Source of the DNA: Squalus acanthias
Lineage: Eukaryota
Direction: 5' to 3'
Assembly (NCBI GenBank): GCA_030390025.1
Contig: CM059425.1
Span: 174,036,001 to 174,100,000 of the forward strand
DNA length: 64,000 bases
Shown: positions 36,505-48,884 of the stretch, piece after piece
Layout: the number at the start of each line of letters is the position of its first letter
How positions within the stretch are numbered: position 1 is the first letter of the stretch
Position numbers and translations under genes: made by a program
The notes under the pieces: generated by a model
What the model saw: only the letters and a program-made list of their open reading frames with translations
The model's database searches: none
Told to the model about the DNA's origin: nothing

Positions 36505-38003
36505 CAGGGAGAGGGATAGCCCGAGTAATTACAGGCCAGTCAGCCTAACCTCGGTGGTGGCCAAATTATTGGAAAAAATTCTGAGGGATAGTATTAATCG
36601 TCATTTAGAAAGGCACAGATTAATCAAGGACAGTCAGCATGGATTTGTTAAGGGAAGGTCGTGTCTGACTAACTTGACTGAATATTTTGAGGAGGTAACA
36701 AGGAGGGTTGATGAGGGTAGCGCATTTGATGTAGTCTACATGGATTTTAGCAAGGTTTTTGACAAGATCCCACATGGCAGACTGCACAGAAAAGTAAAAG
36801 TAAAAGTAAAAGGGAAAGTGGCAAGTTGGATCCAAAATTGGCTTAGTGGCAGGAAGTAGAGAGGTCAATAACTAGGCGGAATAGATTTAAAGTAATTGGT
36901 AGAAGGATTAGAGGGGATTTGAAGAGAAATGTTTTCACCCAAAGGGTGGTGGGGGTCTGGAACTCAGTGGAAGGAAGGGTAATGGTCGACAGGAGTTTGT
37001 GTGACTGGAAGGCTGTTGCCAGTGGGGCTCCGCAGTGCTCAGTACTAGGTCCCTTGCTTTTTGTGGTATACATCAATGATTTAGACTTCAACATAGGGGC
37101 ATGATTAAGAAGTTTGCAAATGATACAATAATTGGCCGTGTGGTTGATCGTGAGGAAGAAAGCTGTAGACTGCAGGAAGATATCAATGGACTGGTCAGGT
37201 GGGCAGAAAAGTGGCAAATGGAATTCAATCTGGAGAAGTGTGAGGTAATGCATTTGGGGAGGGCCAACAAGGTAAAGGAACACACAGCAAATGGTAGATA
37301 CTGAGAAGTGTAGAGGAACAGAGGGACCTTGGAATGCACTTCCACAGATCCCTGAAGGTAGCAGGACAGGTAGAGAAGGTGATTAAGAAGTCATACAGGA
37401 TACTTTCCTTTATTAGCCGAGGCATAGAATACAAGAGCAGGGAGGTCAAGCTAGAACTGTATAAAACACTAGTTAGGCCACAGCTAGAGTACTGTATACA
37501 ATTCTGGTCACCACAATACAGGAAAGATGTGATTGCACTCGGAGGGGGTACAGAGGCAATTTACAAGGATGTTGCCAAAACTGGAGAACTTTAGCTATGA
37601 GGAAAGATTGGATAGGCTGGGGTTGTTTTCTTTGGAACAGAGGAAGCTGAGGGGAGATTTAATTGAGGTATATAAAATTATGAGGAGCCTAGATCGGGGA
37701 AATAGGTCCTTCCTATCCACTCTAACAGAGAGGTCAATAACCAGGGGGACATAGATTTAAAGTAATTGGTAGAAGGATTAGAGGGAATTTGAGGAGTAAT
37801 TTTTTCTGGAACTCACTGCCTGAAAGGGTGGTAGAGGCAGAGACCCTCATCAAATTTAAAAAGTACTTGGATATGCACTTGAAGTGCCGTAACCTACAAA
37901 GCTACGGGCTAAGAGCTGGAAAGTGGGATTTAACTGGATAGCTCTTTTTCGGCCGGCACAGACATGATGGCCTCCTTCTGTGCCGTAAACTTCTATGATT
38001 CTA
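36505..38003 (+). mobile_element. CR1 LINE, 5'-truncated and rearranged
   Basis: YMDFSKVFDKIPHG, KFANDT, LEYCIQFWSP and a (TTCTATGA) tail at ~37990. Confidence 0.9.
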
Positions 38004-38279
38004 TACAACAGATTATGGGATTAAAATGTACACCAAGATCAGAACGAAAGTCCATTAGCTGTAAACAGTTACTAATATCATTATATTGAAATTGTAATAT
38101 TGCTTTTATACACATAAATAGATCAAATGAAGAAACACACCAAGCCTGGCTACTGCCAACAAATATTGCACTTATTACTGACCTAAGCTCTGTCGCACAG
38201 TAGGAAGGAACTTATATCAAGGAATTACAAGAAAAATATTCTTTTAAACATTGTCTATCGTTACTGTTTCAGCTTAGAC

Positions 38280-38506
38280 CTAAGTTTTCAAAGCATTCCG
38301 GAGTTCATTATAGAAGTTAACTAATGAATTTGCCATTGCAGAGTCCACTACAGTCTGTGGCAGCATTCCTCGTAAATCGGTCTGAATAAAGCCAGTCAAG
38401 AGGCTGTGGTCAGGGTCACTCTTCAAAGGAATGCAAAACCATCCACATGGGTGATTAAATCCATGAACAAAATTAGGTTGTTTCTCCCCATATTCAACAC
38501 TGACTC
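38280..38506 (-). CDS. STARD4: STARD4 last coding exon to TAG stop
   Basis: acag|[76 protein letters not shown]; matches human [18 protein letters not shown]. Confidence 0.96.
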
Positions 38507-38936
38507 CTGTATTGGGTCAACAAGAAGATTGTCCTTTAATACAACTAGACATTTCAAAGCATTACTCCCCAAAATAACTAAACCTTTCTCCCAAAGCTGT
38601 ATTACATGTACTATAAAAAGTTCAAATTACTGAAAAAAAGCATAGCATGTGAACAATGACAAAAAAAATTTTAAACTGGGTTATATTTATGACTTTTTTT
38701 AAAAATTGAATAGAACACTAATTTATGCTACAAGTATTAGGTAGGTCCTTGTAAGTGGGGATGGGTTGAAACTGTACAGTAAATTTTACAAATTTGCAGC
38801 CTTGGCACAAAGCTTTGCCCACTGGGAGCACACATCAGGATCCAGACCCCTGCAAGGCTCTCCGAGATGCACAATTCATATAATTAGCTTTTATATCGGT
38901 AATTATTCCCAGTGTTTGAAGGCTGCAGTACTCTGG

Positions 38937-39287
38937 TTTTTTTTTATTCGTTCATGGGATGTGGGCATCACTGGCAAGGCCAGCATTTATTGCCCATCCC
39001 TAGTTGCCCTTGAGAAGGTGGTGGTGAGCCGCCTTCTTGAACCGCTGCAGTCCGTGTGGTGAAGGTACTCCCACAGTGCTGTTAGGGAGGGAGTTCCAGG
39101 ATTTTGACCTAGCGACGATGAAGGAACGGCGATATACTTCTAAGTCAGGATGGTGTGTGACTTGGAGGGGAACTTGGGGGTGGTGGTGTTCCCATGCGCC
39201 TGCTGCCCTTGTCCTTCTAGGTGGAAGAGGTCACGGGTTTGGGAGGTGCTGCCGAAGAAGCCTTGGCGAGTTGCTGCAGTGCATCTT
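38937..39287 (-). mobile_element. 3' end of the second LINE family, in the STARD4 last intron
   Basis: Poly-A-like end and KMHCSNSPRLLRQHLP region shared with 41020-42525. Confidence 0.75.
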
Positions 39288-39762
39288 GGTCTCTGGTTCA
39301 GGAAACCAGAGTCAAAATTTGCCCTTTTTCCATATACCTGCAGAAAACTGGGAAAACTCAGCTACAAATATGTAAAATGGGGAATCTTCTACTAGGCCTT
39401 GAGAGTCAATAATAAACAGCTGCACGAGAAGTGAATGGATGTAAGCAACTTTTGGCTGATAAAATTTGCAATAAAAATATATGCAATAGGAGAAACAATA
39501 ACAATAATGATGCGGTTTGTTTTTGGAGTTAACACCTCTAGCAGCCTGTGATAGTACAATTGCAATTTTTTGTTCTGCAATCAACATCTTAAATCTCTAG
39601 AGCATTGAAATGCTTTATCATTGCTTTCTACCCACAATTCCACGCACTTCCAGATTCCCAGTCTCAGCTGTGTATTCACGGGAAGAAGACGGGCAGAAGA
39701 CACATGTCCCTCCAGGGAAGGGGAGAGAAGAGAAAGTTGTAAACTTAGCTACGTGTACTCAC

Positions 39763-39877
39763 CACAAGACAGCAGCCCATCCTGGTAATCTGTGGTATAG
39801 GAGAAGTCGATGAACTCTCTTGGGGCAATGACGTTCCACAACTGTCCTGCTGTGGTGTAATGCATCAAACAACAGCC
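39763..39877 (-). CDS. STARD4: STARD4 coding exon 4 (115 bp)
   Basis: cagcag|[39 protein letters not shown]|gtgagt. Confidence 0.96.
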
Positions 39878-39967
39878 CTGCTGTGTAAAATAGTAAGAGG
39901 TTAATACATTTTCATACACAAGATATTATTTTTCCATATTACACTTTCTTGTGGTATCTTCCTGTGT

Positions 39968-40415
39968 AAACAACAACAACTTGCTTTTAATATAGTAAAA
40001 CGTTCCAAGGCGCTTCACAGGAGTGTTATCAAACAAAATTTGACACCGAGCCACATAAGGAGATATTCAGACAGATGAACAAAAGCCTGGTCAAAGAGGT
40101 AGGTTTTAAGGAGCGTCTTAAAGGAGGAAAGAGAGGTAGAGAGAGAGAGTTTCAGGGAGGGTTTTCCAGATCTTTGGGCTTAGGCAACTAAAAGCACGCC
40201 CGACAATGGCGAAGCAATTAAAATCGGGAATGCGCAAGAGGCCAGAATTGGAGGAGCACCGAGATCTCAGAGGGTTGTAGGGCTGGAGGAGGTTACAGAG
40301 ATAGGGAGGGGCGAGGCCATAGAGGATTTGAAAACAAGGATGAGAATTTTAAAATTGAGGCGTTGCTGGCCCGGGAACCAATGTAGGTCAGCAAGCACAG
40401 GGGTGATGGATGAAC
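39968..40415 (-). mobile_element. L2 LINE 3' fragment
   Basis: ITPVLADLHW..FKILILVFK and an L2 tail with (CAA)n. Confidence 0.75.
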
Positions 40416-41019
40416 GGAACGGAGGGGAAATCTTTACTTCCCGACGCGCTGGGAGCGGGGTTCCGGTAGTACACGGAAAACCCGGAAGTCTGGGTTTCAC
40501 CGTACGCTGTGGAGATTTAACTGTCACTAATCACTACGTCAAACTAAACACTCTGGGTGAGAGGTGCAGTGACTGATGGGGCATTGTGTGTGGGTCACGA
40601 ATTGCTAACAAGTTATTGGGTACAAAGTGAATAGTGACAGTATCATGACTTCCAGATTTCGTCCAGGCCAATGATGTCACTTGCCGCACACGCGCCGAGC
40701 TTTACAGAAATCAAAATTGCCATTCATGGTCAGGAGCCTGATCCAGGTCTACAGGGAGGGGAGGGAAAACGTGGTGCGGGTATAAAGGGGGTGGGGGTGG
40801 AGGTGAGGTTGGAAGAACGTGATCCATGTCTAACAGAGGGGGGAGAACGTGATCCTTTCCCCCACCCCTACTCCCCTGAGTTCTTGATCTTCGCCACCCC
40901 CCGCCCCCAAGCTCCTGTTCTCTGATCCCCTGATCCCTCTCCCCCCTCCGATCCCGTCCTCTTCCCACACCCTCAGATCCCCTACCCTCCTCCCTGTCCT
41001 CTCCTTCCTCCTCCAATCC

Positions 41020-42525
41020 CCATGCGCCTGTTGCCCTTGTCCTTCTAGGTGGAAGAGGTCGCAGGTTTGGGAGGTGCTGCCGAAGAAGCCTTGGCGAGTT
41101 ACTGCAGTGCATCTTGTAGATGGTACACACTGCAGCCACAGTACGCCGGTGGTGGAAGGAGTGAATGTTTAAGGTGATGGATGGGGTGCCAATCAAGCGG
41201 GCTGCTTTGTCTTGGATGGTGTCGAGCTTCTTGATTGTTTTTGGAGCTGCACTCATCCAGGCAAGTGGAGAGTATTCCATCACACTCCTGACTTGTGCAT
41301 TGTAGATGGTGGAAAGGCTTTGGGGAGTCAGGAGGTGAGACACTCGCCGCAGAATACCCAGCCTCTGACCTGCTCTTGTTGCCACAGTATTTATGTGGCT
41401 GGTCCAGTTAAGTTTCTGGTCAAAGGTGACCCCCAGCATATTGATGGTGGGGGATTCACGATTGTAATGCCGTTGAATGTCAAGGGGCGGTGGTTAGACG
41501 CTTGCTTATTGGAGATAGTCATTGCCTGGCACTTGTGTGGCGCGAATGTTACCTGCCACTTATCAGCCCAAGCCTGAATGTCATCCAGGTCTTGCTTCAT
41601 GCAGGCATGGACTGCTTTATTATCTGAGGAGTTGCGATTGGCACTGAACACTGTGCAATCATCAGCGAACAACCCCACTTTTGAACATATGATGGAGGGA
41701 AGGTCCTTGATGAAGCAGCTGAAGATGGTTGGGACTGGGACACTGCCCTGAGGAACTCCTGCAGCGATGTCCTGGGGCTGTGATGATTGACTTCCAACCA
41801 CTACAACCTTTGTGCTAGGTATGACTCCAGCCAGTGGAGAGTTTCCCCCACCGCCCGATTCCCATTGACTTCAGTTTTACTGGGCTCCTTGATGCCACAC
41901 TCGGTCAAATGCTGCCTTGATGTCAACGGGCAGTCTCACCTCACCTCTGGAATTCAGCTCTTTTGTCCATGTTTGGACCAAGGCTGTATTGAGGTCTGGA
42001 ACCGAGTGGTCCTGGCGGAACCCAAACTGGGCATCAGTGAGCAGGTTATTGGTGAGTTAAGTGCTGCTTGAGAGCACTGTCAATGACACCTTCCATCACT
42101 TTACTGATGATTGAGAGTAGACTGATGGGGCGGTAACTGGCCGGATTGGATTTGTCCTGCTTTTTGTGGACAGGACATACCTGAGCAGTTTTCCACATTG
42201 TCGGACAGATGCCAGTGTTGTAGCTGTACTGGAATAGCTTGGCTAGAGGCACGGCTAGTTCTGGAGCACAAGTCTTCAGCACGGCAGCCGGGATGTTGTC
42301 GAGGCCCATAGCCTTTGCTGTATCCAGTAAGCTCAGCCATTTCTTGATATCATCCACTCGGCTCTTCTGGCTGAAGATGGTTGCAAATACTTCAGCCTTG
42401 TCTTTTGCACTCACGTGCTGGGCTCCACCATCATTGAGGATGGGGATATTTATGGAGCCTCCTCCTCCCGTTAGTTGTTTAATGGTCCACCATCATTCAT
42501 GACTGGATGTGGCAGGACTGCAGAG
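41020..42525 (-). mobile_element. Second LINE family, RT region fragment
   Basis: YRPISLLSIISKVME, GVPQGSV, GLFADDCTVF, LGVTFDQKLNWTSHI. Confidence 0.85.
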
Positions 42526-42939
42526 ATTTATTTAATTAACTGAATTTAAATTCCCCAGCTGCCATGGTAGGATTTGAACTCACGTCTCCGGATCATTAGT
42601 CCAGGCCTCTGGATTACTAGTCCAGTAACATAACCACTATACTACTGTTCCCTTGACTGCATGAGATAGATGATTGCTACCGAGGGGTAAAGCTCTTCCA
42701 TCTGGATCCTGAAAATGTTAATTAAATAAAGTTGGCAATCATAATTAGTATGATAACAGCATGTCTTCCTGATGGGGAAAAAGTACCTGGAAAGCTAAGA
42801 GTTCTGAAGAGAAACAGGGAGAGAAAAAAATAGAACATTTTGAAAACTAGACATTGAAAAAAACCATAACAAAATCCAACAGAAAGGTTCGATTTTCCCT
42901 GTCTGCAGGATTTCAGAGGAAAATCTCTCAACAGATGCA

Positions 42940-43361
42940 GGAAAGAAAGACTTGCATTTATATAGCGCCTTTCACGACCACCGGACGTCTCAAAGTCTCA
43001 ATTTTTGAAGTAATGTGGGAAACGCGGCAGCCAATTTGCGCACAGCAAGCTCCCACAAACAGCAATGTAATAATGACCAGATAATCTGTTTTTGTTATGT
43101 TGGTTTAGGGATAAATATTGGCCAGGACACCGGGAATAACTCCCCTGCTCTTCTTCGAAATAGTGCCATGGGATCTTTTATGTCCACCTGAGAAAGCAGA
43201 CAGGGCCTCGGTTTAACGTCTCATCCGACAGTGCAGCAGTCCCTCAGCACTGCACTGGAGTGTCAGCCTAGCTTTACGTGCTCAAGTCCCTGGAGTGGGA
43301 CTTAAACCCACGACCTTCTGACGCAGAGGCGAGTGTGTTACCAACTGAGCCACAGCTGACA
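42940..43361 (-). mobile_element. SacSINE1-like Deu-SINE, near full length
   Basis: tRNA-derived head with A/B-box-like motifs, Deu domain and L2 tail on the minus strand. Confidence 0.8.
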
Positions 43362-43428
43362 CAGGAGGCAAATGCCTAAAAAATACAGAAATGCAAGGTG
43401 TTTGTCACTATCCAGTGGATCATCTTAC

Positions 43429-43555
43429 CTGTTGAAATTCTCCAACAATGTCCAAGGAGGTCATTAGACTGTCCCAGTCTAACCTATACGGGCCAGGGCG
43501 AATATAATCCACTATCCTGTTTGGAGCCTCCTTCACAATCCCTTGAGTTTTGTAG
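43429..43555 (-). CDS. STARD4: STARD4 coding exon 3 (127 bp)
   Basis: ctcag|C-YKTQGIVKEAPNRIVDYIRPGPYRLDWDSLMTSLDIVGEFQQ|gtaaga; matches human IRPGPCRLDWDSLMTSLDI. Confidence 0.97.
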
Positions 43556-43939
43556 CTGAGAATTACATTCAAGTGCCTTGTTAAAAATCTATTCATATGT
43601 TCTTCTACATGAACCTACTGACTTTTTCATAAAGGAAAGATTACAGTGCCTATTCCCATAGCAAGTGTGTTTTAAAGCAGCACTATCCTCCCATGAACCT
43701 ATCCATTTCCTCTTGTAATCTGCATTTTTTTCTCATAGTTTACCATGCCCCCCATACTTGGTATTAAATTTTAATATAATTACTTTTGTACCTACGTCCA
43801 AATTATTGATATGAAAAACAAGAGATCCCAGCACAGATCACACATCCTGCAAATCTGAAAAAAATCATTCACCACTCCTCTTTGCTTTTCGTCCCCAAAG
43901 CCACCACTCTATCCATTCATGCAGCTACATTCCCTTTAA

Positions 43940-44763
43940 TAACTAGTGGGGTACTGCAAGGATCAGTGCTTGGGACTCAGCTATTCACAATCTATATCGA
44001 TGATTTGGATGAGGGGACCAAATGTAATATATCCAAGTTTGCTGATGATACAAAGCTGGGTGGGAATGTAAGTTGTGAGGAGGATGCAAGGAGGCTTCGA
44101 GGGGATACAGACAGGCTAAGTGAGTGGGCAAGACCATGGCAAATGGAATATAATGTGGAGAAATGTGAAGTTATCCACTTTGGTAGGAAAAATAGAAAAA
44201 CACCTGGAGTATTGTGTACAGTTTTGGTCTCCTTACCTAAGGAAGGATATACTTGCCATAGAGGGAGTGCAACGAAGGTTCACCAAATTGGTTCCTGAGA
44301 TGGGGGGATTGCTCTATGATGAGAGATTGAGTAGACTAGGCCTATATTCTCTAGAATTTAGAAGAATGAGAGGTGATCTCATTGAAACATACAAAATTCT
44401 TACAGGGCTTGACAGGGTAGATGCAGGGAGGATGTTTCCCCTGGCTGGGGAGTCTAGAACCAGGTGTCACAGTCTCAGAATAAGGGGTCGGCCAGTTAAG
44501 ACTGAGATGAGGAGAAATTTCTTCACTCAGAGGGTGGTGAATCTTTGGAATTCTTTACCCCGGAGGGCTGTGGAGGCTCAGTCGTTGAGTATATTCAAGA
44601 CAGAGATCAATAGATTTTTGAATATTAAGGGAATCAAGGGATATGGGGATAGTTCAGGAAAGTGGAGATGAGGTAGAAGATCAGCCATGATCTTATTGAA
44701 TGGCGGAGCAGGCTCGAAGGGCCAAATGGCCTACTCCTGCTCCTATTTCTTATGTTCTTATGT
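43940..44763 (+). mobile_element. CR1 LINE 3' part with an internal deletion near 44200
   Basis: [18 protein letters not shown] joins directly to HLEYCVQFW; complete 3' UTR. Confidence 0.9.
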
Positions 44764-44771
44764 AATACCAT

Positions 44772-46174
44772 GGCCTAGAAATTCGATTAGGCTGGAAAAC
44801 GGCCAGTGACACCACAGGCCAAGGCTAACGGCCACCCGCAGAAAGGTGCGCAGGCAGCACTGGTAATTTGGTGCCTGTTAATTTACATGAGCGGAGCAGA
44901 GAATCTCTTGTGCAACTCGCTCTTTCCGGTGCTAACGTCAGCCAGAGGCCGAAGGACACGTCTGAAGGATCAGTGCGGCGTTCTCAGGCAATGTGCTATG
45001 TCGGATCATTTGATGACGGCTCCTGGGTTTTGTTATAGAGTCCGCTGATGGCCCTTGTAGGGTTGGAGCATTGTGCGCTGTGGCACATCACGAGGTATTT
45101 GTTTGTCCACGGCTCCACTCTTACTTTCGCGGACATTTGTCTGGGTCTTGTGTGGGGTCCACCTTCACTGGCTGCCACAGCTCCACAGATCTTTCACCCA
45201 GATGGTTGCTGTGTGGAGGTTTGTGCTCCACCATGGTGCTGAAGGGAGAGGGGGATGGGGATGCACCACCTTGCAGCGAGCAGTGACAGTGCACTAGCCT
45301 GCAGATCGCATAGGGGATTCACTCCCTGGTGAGTGGGCCTTAAAGCACAGGCTCAGGTCAGGAGGGTCTCTGACTGGAAACACCACAAAGTCTGTGGCAC
45401 AGATGTCCTTAAACCGCTGCAGGAGACATCAATGGAAATATTTTTTTTAAAAGGGGAACATGAATCTCTTGCTCAGGAGTTTACTGATATAAATGGTCTA
45501 GAAGAGAGTTCAATTAAATTAACAGCAAACTTTTGAAGAACTCTTGGTGAGAATATGGTGTTAAGCCTTTTAAAAGCACACTACCAAACTTTGCATATCA
45601 TTTTCTCAGTTCCTAAACTAGAAAACATCAACATATAAAATTTAAGGAATTGCAGGTTTGATTTTTTTTCCTGAGATTATTACAACTGTAGTACAGTATA
45701 GTTTATTATAGAAGTATTTACCACCTGTAATGTTTGACTGACATTGAGGGGAGATTTGATGCATCTCATTGGAAGCAGTTTTCACTCCAATTATATAGTC
45801 TGAGCTCTCCATAGTTAACGGTTATCCCAGCAGCTGTTTACTGTACGGGTTAAAGCTCACCACCGCTTTCTCCCATCTCTCTGCGCTGCCAACGGTTGCA
45901 CAGACAGGCGTGCTTTGGAGAGGACGGTAAGAGGAGCAGCAAGCTCCAAAATGGATGAGCGTGCGTCAATTTGTCGTTGCACACCGATTGACGTCACGCT
46001 CCTGCTAATTAAAATACTTGCTGCGAACACAGGCAACGGCAGCGCTGCCAACCTGCCAAAAATGGCGGCCACCGCTGGACCTGCCAGAAGCGGGTGGAAG
46101 TGAGGCAGCTGCTGCCATTTTTTTCACCAAAACAGGCCTGAACGGCCAGTGCTAAAACCTCTCATTTCTAGGCC
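44772..46174. mobile_element. Non-autonomous Harbinger element
   Basis: TIRs GGCCTAGAAAT / ATTTCTAGGCC, TSD CAT (44769-44771 and 46175-46177), subterminal AACGGCCAGTG at both ends. Confidence 0.85.
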
Positions 46175-47875
46175 CATGTTCTTTACTTTTATTAACAAGT
46201 CTCTTAAGTGGCTGCTTATCAAACACCTTCTGAAAATCCATAAATGAAATAGAGGAGACTTCCAGGACGTGTACCCAATGCACTGGATCTCCTGCACAGC
46301 AAATATCGGAACATTTGTCCGATTTTCCGCCAAGAGGAGCTGGAGTGTTGGCACCTACAGGACTCAAGTGAAGCATGGCCATGTAAATAACATGGGAGGG
46401 GGCCCTTCAGCCTCATTTTTCTCAAGGCTTACCCGAATGGCGGCCTGTCAAATGGGAATCCGAAGAAGCTAGTTTTGAACCTTGCACTTGAATCCCCCTC
46501 AAATCAGAGTAATCGGGGGGAGAGAAAGGCCCAAGAAGGCACGTCTCACCTTTCACTTTCAGCCTCCTCACAGATCTGAAGGCCTTCGGGCTGCGATTTC
46601 TCAACAGTAGCCAGAAGACTCCAAGACCAGCAGCCAGGCCTGCACTGCAGACCTAAGATGCCTGGAGCAGTGCGGGCCTGGCTGCTGGTCTTGGAGCCTT
46701 CTGGCTACTGCTGCAGCACCCTCCCAGGGCGAGGAATTTTAGGACCTAGATATTTACAACAATAACTTTCATTTAAATAGTGTAGGCGCAGCCGCCAATG
46801 GTGGAGCGAAGGAAGTGGAGGATGCACAAGAGGCCAGAGTTGGAGGAACGCAGAGTTCCCGGAGGGTTGTAGGGCTGGAAGAGATTTATAGAGATAGGGA
46901 GGGGTGAGTCCATGGAGGGATTTGAACACGAGGTTGAGAATTTTAAATCGGAGGTGTTGATGGATTGGGAGCCAATGTATATCAGCGAGCACAGCGGGGA
47001 CTTGGTGCAAGTTAGGATATGGACAGTAGAGTTTTGGATAAACTCAGGATTATGGAGGGTGGAAAATGGGAGGCCAACCAGGGGAGCATTGAAATAGTTG
47101 AGTTTGGAGGTAACAATGGCATGGATGAGGGTTTCAGCAGCAGATGAGCTGAGGCAGGGACAGAGTCAGGCGATATTACCTACAACCATATTGGCCTGTA
47201 ATTTCCTGCTTTATTCAAACTTTTTATTCCCTTTTTCAAACAGGCGACAACATTTGCCAGTCTCCAGTCCACCAGCAAAATTTCCATTTCAAAAGACTTT
47301 TGGAAAATTATGGTTTGTGCCAGTTTTATCTCCTCCCTAACTTCCTTCAGTATTATGGGGTGTAAACCATCTGGACCTGGTGATTTTGCTATGTTTAGTC
47401 CCATTACCTTTTTTTTCAAAAAATGTTCTTTGAATATTTATCTCTGGTAGTTTTATAACCCTGACAGGCCCACTTTCACCTTTATCTATAAAAACTAATG
47501 CAAAATATTTATTAAGCACCTCTCCCATTTCCTCAGTCTCAAGATATCCCTTTACATCTCTAAGTGACCCTACCCTTCTTGAAAATCTTTTTTAATTCCT
47601 TATATTATAACAGTGACTACACTTCAAAAGTACTTCATTGGCTGTAAAGCGCTTTGGGACATCCTGAGGTCGTAAAAGGCGTTATATTAATGAAAGTCTT
47701 CTTTATGTGCTTGTTGGTTCCCTTTATATTTCCTGCCAGACTCATTTAATACTCCTTCTAAACTTCCTAACCTCCTTTTGCTTTTTCGACATCGTTCATA
47801 TTTCTCACATCTTTCCGGTTTAAAAAAAAGTGTTTAATTTGTCAATGTGAGGGTTAAATTTAAGGGAATACTTAC

Positions 47876-47925
47876 AGAAATCCCCCAAATTCTTCTGAAG
47901 GTTTTCTCCAAACAATTACATCTTT
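47876..47925 (-). CDS. STARD4: STARD4 coding exon 2 (50 bp)
   Basis: ctttgtag|KDVIVWRKPSEEFGGF-CT|gtaagt; matches human KDVTVWRKPSEEFNGYL and is phase-compatible with its neighbours. Confidence 0.96.
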
Positions 47926-48401
47926 CTACAAAGTGAATAAGTGAAATAAGTCATAAAGTGAAATAAAATATAAATATACATTTTTACTAAATCATTTAAA
48001 ACTTTTACTCATGTGGCAGCTTTTTGAATGCTCCAGAACTGCTAAACTGCCACCTGTCAACACAAAGACAATGGAGTCAGGCAAGGGAGGGTCATGTTCT
48101 CCAACTTGCCATATGCAACGCCACAGGAAATCAAACTAATATGCACATAAATAAATAACAAATTATCTGGACTGAGACAAAGTTTGCTGATGATATCAAA
48201 CAGGGAGGAGAAGCAAACTATCACAAAGAATGCAGGAACCTACGGGACTGTGTAATCGGGCTAAGAGAACTGGCAGATATGAATATGTACTGTACACATA
48301 CTGATTATTCCTGTTCCTTGAACAGAAAAAGATATACTTCACAAACAACTTAGTGGTAGAAAGCAGAAAAATGTATGGCAATATATTTCAGAAACAAGAA
48401 A

Positions 48402-48622
48402 CAGCAGCGGTGGTGCGGACCTAGGAGGAGCGGCGGCGGTAGGGTATAAAGGCGAGCCCAAGGAGCAGGTAGGCCCACAGCAGCGGCGGTGCGGAGCTAG
48501 GAGGAGCGGCGGCGGCAGGGTATAAAGGCGAGCCCAAGGAGCAGGTAGGCCCACAGCAGCGGCGGTGCGGAGCTAGGAGGAGCGGCGGCGGCAGGGTATA
48601 AAGGCGAGCCCAAGGAGCAGGT
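48402..48622 (+). repeat. 76-bp GC-rich tandem monomers (about 2.9 copies) each containing TATAAA, at the CR1 5' end
   Basis: Units start at 48402, 48478 and 48554. Confidence 0.92.
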
Positions 48623-48884
48623 CGGTTTACCAATCTCAGAGCGGGAGACAGAAGTAAAAAGTAATCGAAGTGTGACATCACCAGAAAGCAGGTAAGTGAT
48701 TGGTTGGTGAGTATTTCTCTCTTTCTCCTTTTTTCCATACTTAAATTCTGTGGTTATAGTTTCTAGAGTCTCTGTGGTGTAGCAGGGACTGCTGTTAAAC
48801 AAGGGCCCTTGAGTATATCATTTAATAGTGGTGTAATTGGTGGGATTGATTTGATTTAATTTAATTTGAATTAAAGGGTAAGTC

